Origin: a virus
Lineage: Duplodnaviria; Heunggongvirae; Uroviricota; Caudoviricetes
IMG/VR virus record: IMGVR_UViG_3300029742_000228
Location: 1 to 10,144 of that record
Length of the DNA: 10,144 nucleotides
Reading direction: 5' to 3' (one strand)
The notes beneath the pieces are model-generated. The model searched no databases, had not been told where the DNA came from, and saw nothing but the letters and a program-made list of their open reading frames with translations. Below, piece by piece: positions 9,473-10,144 of the stretch. Made by a program: the position numbers and the translations under genes. How positions within the stretch are numbered: the stretch's first letter is position 1; each line of letters begins with the position of its first letter.

Positions 9473-10144
9473 TCAGCGACCAATCACCACAACCTGACCA
9501 CCATCCCCTTCGTCTGCCGTGCTGATCTCCTGAGAAACCACCCGCGACCCCACGCGCATTTCACCGTACAGAACAGGCAAAACATTGCCCTGGGCAACCA
9601 TGTTATCCAGTGAGGAGAAATAGGTGTTCTGCTTACCGTTATCCGTTGTCTGTGTACGGGGAGTTCTGGCTTTCGGTGCCAGCATCTGCGCCACACCACC
9701 GAGCACCATACTGGCACCGAGAGAAAACAGGATGCCGGTCATACCACCAGCCCCAATGGCTGCCCCCCATGCTGCAAGGGTGGCTCCGGCGGTAAAGAAT
9801 GATCCGGCAATGGCGGCAGCCCCCAGGACAATCTGGAATACGCCACCTGACTTGGCCCCGGCGACTCTGGGAACAATATGAATCACAGCGCCATCAGGCA
9901 GAGTCTCATGTAACTGCGCCGTTAACCCGGACGTGCTGACGTCCCGCCCGGCAATCCGTACCTGATACCAGCCGTCGCTCAGTTTCTGACGAAACGCCGG
10001 GAGCTGTGTGGCCAGTGCCCGGATGGCTTCAGCCCCCGTTTTCACACGAAGGTCGATGCGGCGACCAAATCGTTGTAAATCCCCGTAAAGGCAGATGCGC
10101 GCCATGCCCGGTGACGCCAGAGGGAGTGTGTGCGTCGCTGCCAT
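9473..10144 (-). CDS. I: Tail assembly protein I (lambda gpI-like), 223 aa, complete; start codon at the last bases of the window
   Basis: Translation MAATHTLPLASPGMARICLYGDLQRFGRRIDLRVKTGAEAIRALATQLPAF... matches lambda gpI as I recall it. Stop at 9473-9475, ATG at 10142-10144. Confidence 0.9.
   Translation of the reverse strand: MAATHTLPLASPGMARICLYGDLQRFGRRIDLRVKTGAEAIRALATQLPAFRQKLSDGWYQVRIAGRDVSTSGLTAQLHETLPDGAVIHIVPRVAGAKSGGVFQIVLGAAAIAGSFFTAGATLAAWGAAIGAGGMTGILFSLGASMVLGGVAQMLAPKARTPRTQTTDNGKQNTYFSSLDNMVAQGNVLPVLYGEMRVGSRVVSQEISTADEGDGGQVVVIGR

Overview
This window appears to be the right end of a lambda-like (lambdoid) prophage and its junction with the host chromosome. All confident genes are on the minus strand in lambda late-operon order: tail assembly gene I (9473-10144, complete, starts at the window edge), host-specificity gene J (6018-9412, broken by a 32-nt run of N), the Ail/Lom-family outer-membrane moron lom (5352-5951), and a side-tail-fibre locus (1686-5287). 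The fibre locus is a mosaic: a lambda Stf-like N-terminus, a heptad-periodic Ala/Ser/Thr repeat shaft, then a second overlapping ORF in another frame that ends in a Peptidase S74-type self-cleaving chaperone domain. Directly after that ORF's stop, in the same frame, sits the 3' remnant of a tail-fibre assembly gene (tfa), which looks like the scar of a module swap. Below that is about 0.85 kb of AT-rich DNA with no long ORF, then a 62-nt 3' fragment of a tRNA-Ser(CGA) gene (585-646) that I read as the att core at the prophage boundary, with positions 1-584 probably host. I see no CRISPR array, rRNA, integrase or transposase. The most interesting item is the tail-fibre module swap; everything rests on reading the sequence and on protein sequences recalled from memory, with no database search.
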